Assembly (NCBI GenBank): GCA_039802605.1
Contig: JBDRWW010000007.1
Span: 1,891 to 65,890, forward strand
Reading direction: 5' to 3'
DNA: 64,000 nucleotides
Source of the DNA: a candidate division WOR-3 bacterium
GTDB taxonomy: Bacteria; Hydrothermota; Hydrothermia; LBFQ01
The first letter of the stretch is position 1, and each line of letters begins with the position of its first letter. A model generated the notes under the pieces. That model saw only the letters and a program-made list of their open reading frames with translations, was not told where the DNA came from and searched no databases. Of the stretch, positions 11,412-20,136 are shown one piece after another. Both the position numbers and the translations under genes were made by a program.

Positions 11412-12626
11412 CTAGCCAAATATGGCCCTTTTCAGGTAATCCACAAACTGCGGTCCGCCTTTTTGTGCGGCGAATGTTAGCAATGCGGGTGCGGCCTTCA
11501 AGATGAATTTCGCTATCTCCGTTGCGTTTATCGTGTCTATATCCTTTCCGTGGAATAGGGGTTTTAACTGCTCAAATAGATATTGAATATCTTCGTCATT
11601 CATTTTTAGGAAAACCTTCCTAACCTCATAGGCCAATTCGTATTCCCTTCTGTTTATCGCCTTCCAAAACCTATCGTGATATTCCTTTAACCTTTTCTTT
11701 GAGAGGTCTCCCTCTTTTAAGGCTTTTGCACCAACTTCACCCGCTATTGAACCCGAAAGTAAAGCCGCCGGTATTCCCCCACCCGAAATTGGCTCGGCTA
11801 ACCTCGCCGCATCTCCAACAACCATAACGCCATCCCCGTATATTTCCATTTTATGCCCACCAACGGGGACAACGCTACTTATAACACCCAATATTTTACC
11901 GCCTTTAAAGTAGGTATTAACGAACCTTTCGAGGTAGGGTTTGGCGCCTATTTCCGGGGGAACCAAAGCAACACCAACCCCGACATTGCCGTAATGCCCA
12001 CCCTTTGGAAAACTCCAACCGTATCCCTTATAACAATACTCGTCGCCCGTAAAGAAGTCTATCCTCCCATCTTCAATTGCGGGATGAACCATAAAGTATT
12101 CCATAACATAGTGATAATCCTCTGGATCCATATCCAACTTTAAACCCGCCTGTTTCCCCACATTTGAACCCGGCCCATCCGCACCTATTACAAGCCTACA
12201 CTCAACTATTTCCGTCTTACCCCTATGTGAAAAATGCACAAGCCATTTGTCCCCTTTCCTTTCAAGTTTGTTAAATGTGGCGTTTGTCAGTATTTCCGCA
12301 CCGGCCTCCGCGGCCTTTTGGGCAACAAACCTATCAAAAATCCTCCTTTCCAACACATAACCTACACCCTCCTTTTTTATTTCCATGTAATCCCCGTTTG
12401 GAGCGTAAAACCTGGCCTTGTTTATCCTTGATGCTATGAACCTCGGATCGGGTTCAAAGAACAGGGTTAAGGATTGGTGAGATATACCCTCGGCACACTG
12501 AACCACCATCCCTACCTCGGGTTTCCTTTCAAGTAGCAGGACCTTTGCGCCCCCTTCTGCTAACTTCTTGGCCGCCATTGAACCGGCAGGACCCGCACCC
12601 ACTACTACGGCATCGTACTTTTCCAT
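11412..12626 (-). CDS. geranylgeranyl reductase family FAD-dependent oxidoreductase
   Basis: FAD motif YDAVVVGAGPAGSMAAKKLAEGGAKVLLLERK. Conserved Cys region VVQCAEGIS characteristic of GGR / digeranylgeranylglycerophospholipid reductase. Length of ~400 aa fits. Confidence 0.75.
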   Translation of the reverse strand: MEKYDAVVVGAGPAGSMAAKKLAEGGAKVLLLERKPEVGMVVQCAEGISHQSLTLFFEPDPRFIASRINKARFYAPNGDYMEIKKEGVGYVLERRIFDRFVAQKAAEAGAEILTNATFNKLERKGDKWLVHFSHRGKTEIVECRLVIGADGPGSNVGKQAGLKLDMDPEDYHYVMEYFMVHPAIEDGRIDFFTGDEYCYKGYGWSFPKGGHYGNVGVGVALVPPEIGAKPYLERFVNTYFKGGKILGVISSVVPVGGHKMEIYGDGVMVVGDAARLAEPISGGGIPAALLSGSIAGEVGAKALKEGDLSKKRLKEYHDRFWKAINRREYELAYEVRKVFLKMNDEDIQYLFEQLKPLFHGKDIDTINATEIAKFILKAAPALLTFAAQKGGPQFVDYLKRAIFG

Positions 12627-12634
12627 AATGGGAA

Positions 12635-13396
12635 TTATACGCTTGAAAAGTCCTTTGGCTTAAAGTTTTTTGGATTTAAAACCTTAACATCCTTGCCGTC
12701 CTTGTGCTTTAAAACGATAAGCCCCCTTTTGTTGGCATACCTATCCGCAAACTGATGGAACTTCATCCCCGCAACCGCACCGTACAACTTATAACCTTTG
12801 TACTCGGGGAAAAACTTTAAAAACCTCTTTTCCAACTCTTCAACAAACTCATCAACATCATCAACCCTTAATGTTGTCTTCACCTCCAAAACTATAACAT
12901 AATCGTCGCCTAAAACAATGCCATCCACTTCCATATTGTCATCACCCTTTTCAACCTTCACATTTGACATAACCTTAAAACCTTTAAATCCCAACTTGCT
13001 TAACGCATACTTTAAACCCTCCCTTATTGTATCTTCCGTATAGTCTTGCCAAATGCCGTTTAAATTTGCTACCGCTTTGGTTGTGTTCCTTACCTCTTCG
13101 GAAACTTTACTTATTTGAATACTTAACTTTTTTATTTGTTCATCCGTTTCAGCCTGTCTCTCAGCAAGTTCTTTTATCTTTTTATCCGTTTCTTTCAGCA
13201 TTTTATCAGTTTCCTCCTGTCTTTTTGCAAGGCTATCAACCAATTTCCTCGTTTCTTTTAACATCTTATCCGTTTCCTCTTGGCTCTTTGCCAACCTGTC
13301 AAGCCTTTCGCCAACATCATCAAGCCTTCTACCAACATCATCAAGCCTTTTTCCCACCTCTTTTAGTATCTCCCATATTTCTTTTGCATTCTCCAT
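12635..13396 (-). CDS. coiled-coil repeat protein with C-terminal PD-(D/E)XK-like (DUF3782-like) domain
   Basis: N-terminal tandem ~20-aa repeats (LAKSQEETDKMLKETRKLVDSLAKRQEETDKMLKETDKKIKELAERQAETDEQ; RLDDVGRRLDDVGERLDRL). C-terminal VDGIVLGDDYVIVLEVKTT resembles a D…(D/E)xK nuclease core. Start placed at the first ATG (MENAKEIW…); the ORF track begins 8 codons earlier at a TTG. Confidence 0.45.
   Translation of the reverse strand: MENAKEIWEILKEVGKRLDDVGRRLDDVGERLDRLAKSQEETDKMLKETRKLVDSLAKRQEETDKMLKETDKKIKELAERQAETDEQIKKLSIQISKVSEEVRNTTKAVANLNGIWQDYTEDTIREGLKYALSKLGFKGFKVMSNVKVEKGDDNMEVDGIVLGDDYVIVLEVKTTLRVDDVDEFVEELEKRFLKFFPEYKGYKLYGAVAGMKFHQFADRYANKRGLIVLKHKDGKDVKVLNPKNFKPKDFSSV
13140..13350. 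repeat. in-frame tandem DNA repeats (coding coiled-coil repeats)
   Basis: Repeated DNA words (ttatccgtttc…tttcagca / ttatcagtttcctcctgtc…; catcatcaagcct x2) that encode the repetitive coiled-coil segment of the gene above. Not a CRISPR-like array. Confidence 0.6.
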
Positions 13397-13460
13397 ACAA
13401 CGAGAATTATAAACCCGCAAAGGTGATTAAAACCTATAAAAACCGCGTTAAAATATACAC

Positions 13461-15077
13461 TTGAACCTTTTGGATTCCCTGTTTTTAATTGCCGGTATAT
13501 CTTCACGGGATTTGGGATTCTATAAAGACATTTCGGATGAAACCCTTTTAAAACCGCCTCCGGTACTTCAATTCTTTGAAAAACCCTTAAAAATGTACGA
13601 ATTTGGGGATACTTTGGTCGCACAATTGGGTGATTTTGATTTCAAAAAATTGTTAAATCTACCTTGGTGGGTAAGATTTTCGGAAACCAATGTTTCCAGC
13701 AGGATTACTTACAGGGATTCGTTTGTTGTGCACATAATGGATATTCTATACTGTCAAGAATACTTTGAAAAAAGGGCTTTTTCAAAACTCAAGAGCGACT
13801 TTATTCAAAGGGTTAGGAGCTCAATTACACACATTTGGGATACGGTTGAAACATCGGACACCCTTTCAAAGGATGATTACAGAGTATTGGAAGAAGGGGT
13901 TAATTGGAACTTTTTGTTGAATTCCTTTAACTGCCTTTTGAAATTGGATACCACAAAGTTGAAACCTATACCCGATACGGGTATTTACATATATAAAACC
14001 GCTTTTGGCGATGTAGCCATTGGTGGTAATGGAAATAACATTTTTGAAGGAAACTATAAGGCTATAATAGACTTCGGCGGGGATGATAGGTATTATCTTG
14101 ATAGTACGGTTTTGGTGGTAGATTTTTCGGGAAACGATTCGTATTACGGAAACATAGGCGGGGGTTTTATGGGTTCATCGGTTGTTTATGACTTTGAAGG
14201 CGATGATTTTTATAACTGTACGAATTACTCCTGCGGGAGCGGATTATTGGGTTTTGGTATGATTTTTGATAAGTCTGGAAACGACATATATGCCGGAGGA
14301 ATACATGTTATGGGTGCGGGTACTTTTGGTGGTGGTTTTCTCGTGGATATGCAAGGGGATGATATTTATAAAGGGGTAATTTATGGGCAGGGTTTTGGTG
14401 GGCCTTTGGGCGTGGGGCTTTTATACGACAAAGGGGGGAACGATCTTTATACCATTGGGTACGGCCCTATACACGAACCCTTGTATAAATCCCAAAGGGA
14501 AGGGTTTGGACAGGGTTTTGGTTTTGGTATAAGGGAGGATTTGGGTGGAGGGTTTGGTATTCTGCTTGACTTTTCCGGAAACGATGTTTATAACTCGGGA
14601 ACTTTCGCACAAGGGGCATCTTATTGGTATGCTTTTGGTTTCCTTTACGATGGGGATGGGGATGATAGATATATTTGTACGCAATACTGCCAAGGTTCCG
14701 GGATACATTTATCTACGGCGCTTTTTAAGGATGTAGGGGGGAATGACATGTATTTTTCCTTCGGAGGTCCTTCCGTTGGCGCCGGACACGATTTATCCGT
14801 TGGTATTTTTTACGATTCTACGGGAAACGATTTTTATAGGACGCACTCCGGTATTGGTTTGGGTTGGACGAATTCCGTAGGCATTTTTATAGACCTTATG
14901 GGTGATGATACATATTCCGTTATAGGGTGCGATTATTCCTTTGGTGGGGCAAATGTTGAGAGGGAAATGGGTGGAATTGGTATATTTTTGGATGGAGAAG
15001 GGAAAGACTCTTACAACTGTAATGTTAAAAAGGGTTTTTGGGTTAAAGGTCAATGGGGTTTTGGTTGGGATAGGTAG
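13461..15077 (+). CDS. Gly/Asp-rich ~26-aa repeat (beta-solenoid/beta-roll-like) protein, paralog A
   Basis: About 12 tandem units of the form G-h-h-h-D-x-x-G-(N/D)-D-x-Y…QGxG, for example VLVVDFSGNDSYYGN, GMIFDKSGNDIYAGG, GFLVDMQGDDIYKGVIYGQGFGG, GLLYDKGGNDLYT. N-terminal ~190 aa are unknown. TTG start; no clear signal peptide. Confidence 0.6.
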   Translation: MNLLDSLFLIAGISSRDLGFYKDISDETLLKPPPVLQFFEKPLKMYEFGDTLVAQLGDFDFKKLLNLPWWVRFSETNVSSRITYRDSFVVHIMDILYCQEYFEKRAFSKLKSDFIQRVRSSITHIWDTVETSDTLSKDDYRVLEEGVNWNFLLNSFNCLLKLDTTKLKPIPDTGIYIYKTAFGDVAIGGNGNNIFEGNYKAIIDFGGDDRYYLDSTVLVVDFSGNDSYYGNIGGGFMGSSVVYDFEGDDFYNCTNYSCGSGLLGFGMIFDKSGNDIYAGGIHVMGAGTFGGGFLVDMQGDDIYKGVIYGQGFGGPLGVGLLYDKGGNDLYTIGYGPIHEPLYKSQREGFGQGFGFGIREDLGGGFGILLDFSGNDVYNSGTFAQGASYWYAFGFLYDGDGDDRYICTQYCQGSGIHLSTALFKDVGGNDMYFSFGGPSVGAGHDLSVGIFYDSTGNDFYRTHSGIGLGWTNSVGIFIDLMGDDTYSVIGCDYSFGGANVEREMGGIGIFLDGEGKDSYNCNVKKGFWVKGQWGFGWDR

Positions 15078-16507
15078 GGTTTTACTTTATCTTCCACTTC
15101 CCTCAACCTTTTAACAACCCTGTTTTTGCCGAGGTATTCCAACATATGGAACAAACTCGGGCCAACGGAAACCCCCGATACCGCTACCCTTACGGCATGA
15201 ATTAATAGCGCGTGCTTTGCACCTATTTCGTCGGCATATCCCCTTAAAACCCCTTCTATCCTTTCAAATTTCCAATCATCAATTTCCTCAAATCTATTTG
15301 CCAACTCCCGTAAGTATTGGAATATGTTCTCATGCGACAACCTTTTCCTTATGGCATCCGGATCGTAAGGAAAATCATCCCTATATACAAAAACCCCATA
15401 CTCAAAGAAATCCCTTAATGTCTTTACCCTTTCCTTAAAGAGTTTTACCAGTATGGGTATGTAATCCTCATCTACATCGTACCCCTCACCCTGGGCCTTT
15501 AAATATTCGTTGTAATCTTTTATCTCCCTCACGAGGGTTTCGTCATCCCTCATCCTTATATACTCCGAGTTCATCCATAAAAGTTTTTGATGGTCGAAGA
15601 CCGCGGGACTTTTATTAACATTTGTGATCTCAAACAGTTTGATCATCTCATCCTTGCTTATGATTTCTCTATTGTCACCCGGAGACCATCCCAACAAAAC
15701 CAAATAGTTGAAAAGGGCATCGGGTAATATACCCTGATTCCTAAACTCTTCAAGGGATGTTGCGCCGTGCCTCTTTGAGAGTTTTTGCCTATCCGGACCC
15801 AAAATCATCGACAGATGCGCGAATTTTGGTATTTCCCAACCAAATGCCTGGTAAATCAATATCTGCTTTGGGGTATTGGCCAAATGGTCATCCCCCCTTA
15901 TAACATGCGTTATACCCATAAGGTGATCATCTATTACAACCGCAAAGTTGTATGTTGGAAAGCCGTCCGAACGGACTATTATAAAATCCCCTCCCAAATC
16001 CTTGGTATTATAAGTTACCTTTCCGCGAACCAAGTCTTCAAAGGTTATATCCATATAGTCGGGCATCTTAAACCTTATAGAAAATGGCTTTCCTTCCTTT
16101 AAGTTTTTTTCTATTTCTTCCGGGCTCAACCTCAAACATTTCCGCGAATACCTGTAAGGCTTTTTCATCATCTCCGCCAACTTCCTCTCCTCTTCCAACT
16201 CCTCCTCCGTGCAAAAACACCTATAAGCATGCCCCATATCTATTAACCTTTGGGCGTGTTCTTTATAAATATCAAGCCTTTGGCTTTGATAAACTTCCGG
16301 TTCATCCCACTCCACACCCAACCACCTTAAACCCTCTATAATCCCCAGAACCCACTCCTCTTTAAACCTGCTCCTGTCGGTATCCTCTATTCGCAAGAGA
16401 AATTTCCCCTTTTTTGCCCTCGCATAAAGGTAGTTATAAATACAAGTCCTCGCACCTCCCACATGCAAAAACCCCGTGGGACTTGGGGCAAACCTCGTTT
16501 TAACCAT
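15050..16507 (-). CDS. gltX: glutamate--tRNA ligase
   Basis: HIGH region RFAPSPTGFLHVGGARTCIYNYLYA; KMSKS-like KLSKRHG; 485 aa. Confidence 0.95.
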   Translation of the reverse strand: MVKTRFAPSPTGFLHVGGARTCIYNYLYARAKKGKFLLRIEDTDRSRFKEEWVLGIIEGLRWLGVEWDEPEVYQSQRLDIYKEHAQRLIDMGHAYRCFCTEEELEEERKLAEMMKKPYRYSRKCLRLSPEEIEKNLKEGKPFSIRFKMPDYMDITFEDLVRGKVTYNTKDLGGDFIIVRSDGFPTYNFAVVIDDHLMGITHVIRGDDHLANTPKQILIYQAFGWEIPKFAHLSMILGPDRQKLSKRHGATSLEEFRNQGILPDALFNYLVLLGWSPGDNREIISKDEMIKLFEITNVNKSPAVFDHQKLLWMNSEYIRMRDDETLVREIKDYNEYLKAQGEGYDVDEDYIPILVKLFKERVKTLRDFFEYGVFVYRDDFPYDPDAIRKRLSHENIFQYLRELANRFEEIDDWKFERIEGVLRGYADEIGAKHALLIHAVRVAVSGVSVGPSLFHMLEYLGKNRVVKRLREVEDKVKPYLSQPKPH

Positions 16508-16516
16508 AGGCGTTTA

Positions 16517-16540
16517 TTCTACACCCGTTCAGCCGTAGAA
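16517..16540. promoter_or_regulatory. palindrome TTCTAC-N12-GTAGAA in the divergent gltX / aminotransferase intergenic region
   Basis: Perfect 6-bp inverted repeat seen directly in the 41-bp divergent intergenic region. Candidate operator or terminator-like hairpin. Confidence 0.25.
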
Positions 16541-16548
16541 TATCAACT

Positions 16549-17898
16549 ATGACTGCGGTTGAAAGGCCGGAAATAAAGACGGAGTTGCCAGGACCGAGGG
16601 CAAGGGAGATTCTGAAAAAGCATAGAAAGTACATTTCGCCCTCTTATCCGAGGGCTTATGATTTGGTGGCGGAGAGGGCTAGCGGCGTATGGGTTTGGGA
16701 TGTGGATGGGAATAAGTTCTTGGATATGGTGGCGGGTGTGGCCGTTAATTCAACCGGGCATTCCCATCCCAAAGTGGTAGAGGCGGCAAAGGAAATGCTT
16801 GAAAAACTCATACATATAAGCACGGACTTCTATCACGAAAAGGAGGCCCTATTGGCGGAAAAACTTTCATCAATATTTCCCGCAAAGGGTAATAATATGG
16901 TATTTTTCACAAATTCGGGAACGGAATCAAACGAAGGGGCATTAAAACTTGCAAAATTCACCACAAAAAGGATATACATCTTGGCCTTTGAAGGGGCATT
17001 TCACGGCAGAACCTACGCATCAATGTCCGTAAGCGCATCAAAAACCTTGCACAAAAGATACTTCGGCCCGCTTATGCCCGGCGTGTTCTTTGTACCCTTC
17101 CCAAACGCTTACAGACCGCCTTTTAACGCACCACCCGAAAGGGCTTCTGATCAACTCATAGACTATATTGAAAATGTTGTGTTTCAAAGGATAGTACCGC
17201 CGGAAGAGGTTGCGGCCTTCATATTTGAACCCATACAGGGTGAGGGTGGTTATGTGTTCCCCCTTGAAGACTTCTTCCCAAAACTTAGAAAATTGGCCGA
17301 TAAATACGGCTTTCTACTCATAGACGACGAGGTTCAGGCCGGATTGGGGAGAACTGGTAAATGGTTTGCCATTGAGCATTACAACACTATACCCGACATT
17401 ATTACGATAGCAAAGGGTATAGCATCGGGAATACCCATGGGGGTGTTTATATCTAAGGAAGGGTTAATGGACAAGTGGCCTATGGGTGCCCACGCCAACA
17501 CATTTGGCGGGAATCCCGTTGCGGCGGCTGCGGCTTTGGCCACATTGGAACTCATAGAAAACGAACTTATGGAAAACGCCCGTAAGGTTGGCGAGTATTA
17601 CCTCATGAAACTAAAAGAATTACAAAAGGAATTTGAAGAGATGGGCGATGTTAGGGGTAAGGGTTTGATGATAGGTATAGAATTTGTTAAGAACAGGGAA
17701 ACCAAGGAGTATTACCCGGAGTTTAGGGATAGGGTGGTTTTAAAGGCCTTCCATAAGGGTGTGTTGTTCTTGGGGTGTGGTCCCTCCACTATGAGAATAG
17801 TCCCTCCCTTAATAATTACCAAGGAGCATGTGGATATTGCGGTTGATGTACTCGCAGAATCTATAAGGGAAACGAGGGAGGAATTGGCCAAGAGTTGA
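16549..17898 (+). CDS. class-III pyridoxal-phosphate aminotransferase (GabT/ArgD-like)
   Basis: SGVWVWDVDGNKFLDMVAGVAVNSTGHSHPKVV; PLP region LLIDDEVQAGLGRTGKWFA (DEVQxGxGRTG). 449 aa. Confidence 0.85.
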   Translation: MTAVERPEIKTELPGPRAREILKKHRKYISPSYPRAYDLVAERASGVWVWDVDGNKFLDMVAGVAVNSTGHSHPKVVEAAKEMLEKLIHISTDFYHEKEALLAEKLSSIFPAKGNNMVFFTNSGTESNEGALKLAKFTTKRIYILAFEGAFHGRTYASMSVSASKTLHKRYFGPLMPGVFFVPFPNAYRPPFNAPPERASDQLIDYIENVVFQRIVPPEEVAAFIFEPIQGEGGYVFPLEDFFPKLRKLADKYGFLLIDDEVQAGLGRTGKWFAIEHYNTIPDIITIAKGIASGIPMGVFISKEGLMDKWPMGAHANTFGGNPVAAAAALATLELIENELMENARKVGEYYLMKLKELQKEFEEMGDVRGKGLMIGIEFVKNRETKEYYPEFRDRVVLKAFHKGVLFLGCGPSTMRIVPPLIITKEHVDIAVDVLAESIRETREELAKS

Positions 17899-18842
17899 AC
17901 GAACTGGATATAAGACCCAAAAGGCTAAGGGATTTTGTAGGTCAAAGGCAAGTGGTTGAAAATTTAAAGGTTTTTATAGAGGCGGCAAAAAAACGCGGGG
18001 ATGCCGTCGAACACATCCTTTTGATAGGACCCCCCGGACTTGGGAAAACCACCTTGGCCACAATAATAGCAAACGAAATGGGTGTGCAGATGAAAGCCAC
18101 AACAGGCCCTTCCTTGGAAAGACCGGCGGATTTAGCGGGTATATTAACCTCTTTACCTCCCAAAGGAATCCTTTTCATAGACGAGATCCACAGGATCCCC
18201 AAGCCCGTTGAGGAATACCTTTACACGGCCATGGAGGATTTTTACATAGATGTCATAGTTGATAAGGGTCCGGGTGCAAAAACATTGCGGCTTCATTTAC
18301 CAAAATTTACCCTAATAGGGGCGACAACCCGTATGGGATTGTTATCAAAACCCTTGCTAAGCAGGTTTGGAATAGTTTTGAGACTTGATTATTACTCTCC
18401 CGAAGAAATAGTTCAAATACTCAAAAGGAGTGCGGATATTTTGGATGTTAAGGCTGAGGAAGGGGCACTTATTGAGATAGCCAAGAGGTCAAGGGGAACC
18501 CCAAGGATAGCAAACAACCTTCTAAAAAGGGTTAGGGACTTTTTGCATGTAAGGGGTGGAGATGTTATTACGAGAGAAATGGCAATAGAGGCATTAGAAA
18601 AGATGGGTATAGATGAACTCGGATTAAACGAAGAAGATTTAAGGTATTTAAGGGCGTTGTTTGAAAAGTTTAGGGGGGGGCCTGTTGGGTTAAAAACCCT
18701 TTCGGCAGCCTTATCCGAAGACGAAGGGACACTGGAAGAAGTTATAGAACCCTACCTTTTGAGGATGGGATTAATAGAAAAAACGCCGAGGGGAAGGGTT
18801 TTAACATTGAAGGGTGTGGAACATATAGGCAAACGGGTTTAG
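17895..18842 (+). CDS. ruvB: Holliday junction branch migration helicase RuvB
   Basis: LRPKRLRDFVGQ…ILLIGPPGLGKTTLATIIANEMG; Walker B ILFIDEIHR; winged-helix C-terminus. ATGA overlap with the upstream gene. Confidence 0.95.
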   Translation: MNELDIRPKRLRDFVGQRQVVENLKVFIEAAKKRGDAVEHILLIGPPGLGKTTLATIIANEMGVQMKATTGPSLERPADLAGILTSLPPKGILFIDEIHRIPKPVEEYLYTAMEDFYIDVIVDKGPGAKTLRLHLPKFTLIGATTRMGLLSKPLLSRFGIVLRLDYYSPEEIVQILKRSADILDVKAEEGALIEIAKRSRGTPRIANNLLKRVRDFLHVRGGDVITREMAIEALEKMGIDELGLNEEDLRYLRALFEKFRGGPVGLKTLSAALSEDEGTLEEVIEPYLLRMGLIEKTPRGRVLTLKGVEHIGKRV

Positions 18843-18854
18843 AATTTCCGGATT

Positions 18855-19820
18855 ATGGATACCTTGCTACAAAACATCCTAAACCCACCCATTTTGATGT
18901 TTTTTATGGGTTTAATCGCATCGTTGCTGAAAACCGACTTGGAATTTCCCCAACCACTTCCAAAACTCTTTTCCCTTTACCTCCTCATTTCAATAGGCCT
19001 TCAAGGTGGGTACAAACTATCGCATAGCGGACTGGATATAAATGCCGTTAAGGTTTTAAGTTTGGCGGTATTTATGGCCACTTTGGTTCCATTATACACC
19101 TTTTTCATACTTAGGAGAAAAATGGATATATATAACGCCGTGGCAATAGCCGCAACATACGGTTCCATAAGTGCGGTAACTTTTGTCACGGCTGTATCAT
19201 TTTTGGAAACAATTAAAGAGGGTTTTGGGGGTTATATGGTTGCCGCCATGACCCTTATGGAATCGCCGGCTATAGTCGTAGGTCTGATACTACTCAGGAT
19301 ATTTAGGGATAGGAACAATGACAATGGCATCAATTGGGGTGAAGTTTTAAAGGAAGCGTTTTTAAACCCCTCGGTCTTTATACTTTTGGGTACATTAATA
19401 ATCGGATTTGTTGTTGGGGAAAAGGGTTGGGAATCGGTAAAACCCCTATTCGGCGATTTGTTTAGGGGTTTTTTGGCCCTTTTCCTGTTAGATATGGGTA
19501 TTGTTGCCGGTAGAAGGTTTTGGGATATAAAAAATATGGGATTTTTCTTAATAGCGTTTGCCATACTGATCCCCCTGACAAATGCCTTTATTTCCATAGG
19601 TTTAGCAAAACTGTTTGGTTTTTCAAAGGGTGATGCCCTGTTATATTCCGTTCTCTGCGCGAGCGCATCGTATATAGCCGTACCCGCCGCAATGAGGCTA
19701 TCCGTTCCCGAGGCAAATCCGAGTATATATGTAACTATGTCCTTGGCAATAACATTCCCCTTTAACATAATCGTGGGAATACCTCTTTACTACCATATAA
19801 TTAACATCTTATGGGGGTGA
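18855..19820 (+). CDS. sbtA: SbtA-family (sodium-dependent bicarbonate transporter-like) permease
   Basis: Multi-TM protein. C-terminal region LCASASYIAVPAAMRLSVPEANPSIYVTMSLAITFPFNIIVGIPLY closely parallels the cyanobacterial SbtA motif …SSSDISGPPTLRAGIPSANPSAYIGSST…, and LFGDLFRGFLALFLLDMG parallels DPLFRGLLSILMLIMG. It is shorter than cyanobacterial SbtA and has no long cytoplasmic loop. Confidence 0.65.
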   Translation: MDTLLQNILNPPILMFFMGLIASLLKTDLEFPQPLPKLFSLYLLISIGLQGGYKLSHSGLDINAVKVLSLAVFMATLVPLYTFFILRRKMDIYNAVAIAATYGSISAVTFVTAVSFLETIKEGFGGYMVAAMTLMESPAIVVGLILLRIFRDRNNDNGINWGEVLKEAFLNPSVFILLGTLIIGFVVGEKGWESVKPLFGDLFRGFLALFLLDMGIVAGRRFWDIKNMGFFLIAFAILIPLTNAFISIGLAKLFGFSKGDALLYSVLCASASYIAVPAAMRLSVPEANPSIYVTMSLAITFPFNIIVGIPLYYHIINILWG

Positions 19821-19823
19821 GAA

Positions 19824-20117
19824 ATGAAAGAGATGAAGAAAGTAGAAATAGTTATTGATAGTCTCCATATACATAGAGTTGTTGAAATCCTTGAAAGCAA
19901 CGGCGTTTCCGGCTACACTATAATAAAGGATGCTCAGGGGAAGGGGGAAAGGGGTATTATGGCTGGGGATGAGCTAACGGATGTTTTTAAAAACAGCTAT
20001 ATATTTACGGTTTGCAATGTAGAAAAGGCTATAAAAATAGCCGAAGCCATAAAACCCCTACTGAAAAAAGTGGGTGGTATATGCATCATTTCGGATGTCC
20101 TTTGGGTATCACATTAA
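19824..20117 (+). CDS. sbtB: PII-like signalling protein SbtB
   Basis: 97-aa PII-fold protein directly downstream of sbtA. GVSGYTIIKDAQGKGERG matches the SbtB/PII core (GYTV…GKG). It lacks the cyanobacterial C-terminal CGPxGC extension. Confidence 0.65.
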   Translation: MKEMKKVEIVIDSLHIHRVVEILESNGVSGYTIIKDAQGKGERGIMAGDELTDVFKNSYIFTVCNVEKAIKIAEAIKPLLKKVGGICIISDVLWVSH

Positions 20118-20136
20118 ACCCGCTTAAAATTCTTAG

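Noticed and set aside
13140-13350. CRISPR-like or minisatellite array suggested by short tandem DNA repeats
   Set aside because: The repeats are in frame inside a coding coiled-coil gene. They are imperfect, of unequal length and without spacer architecture. No cas genes in the window.
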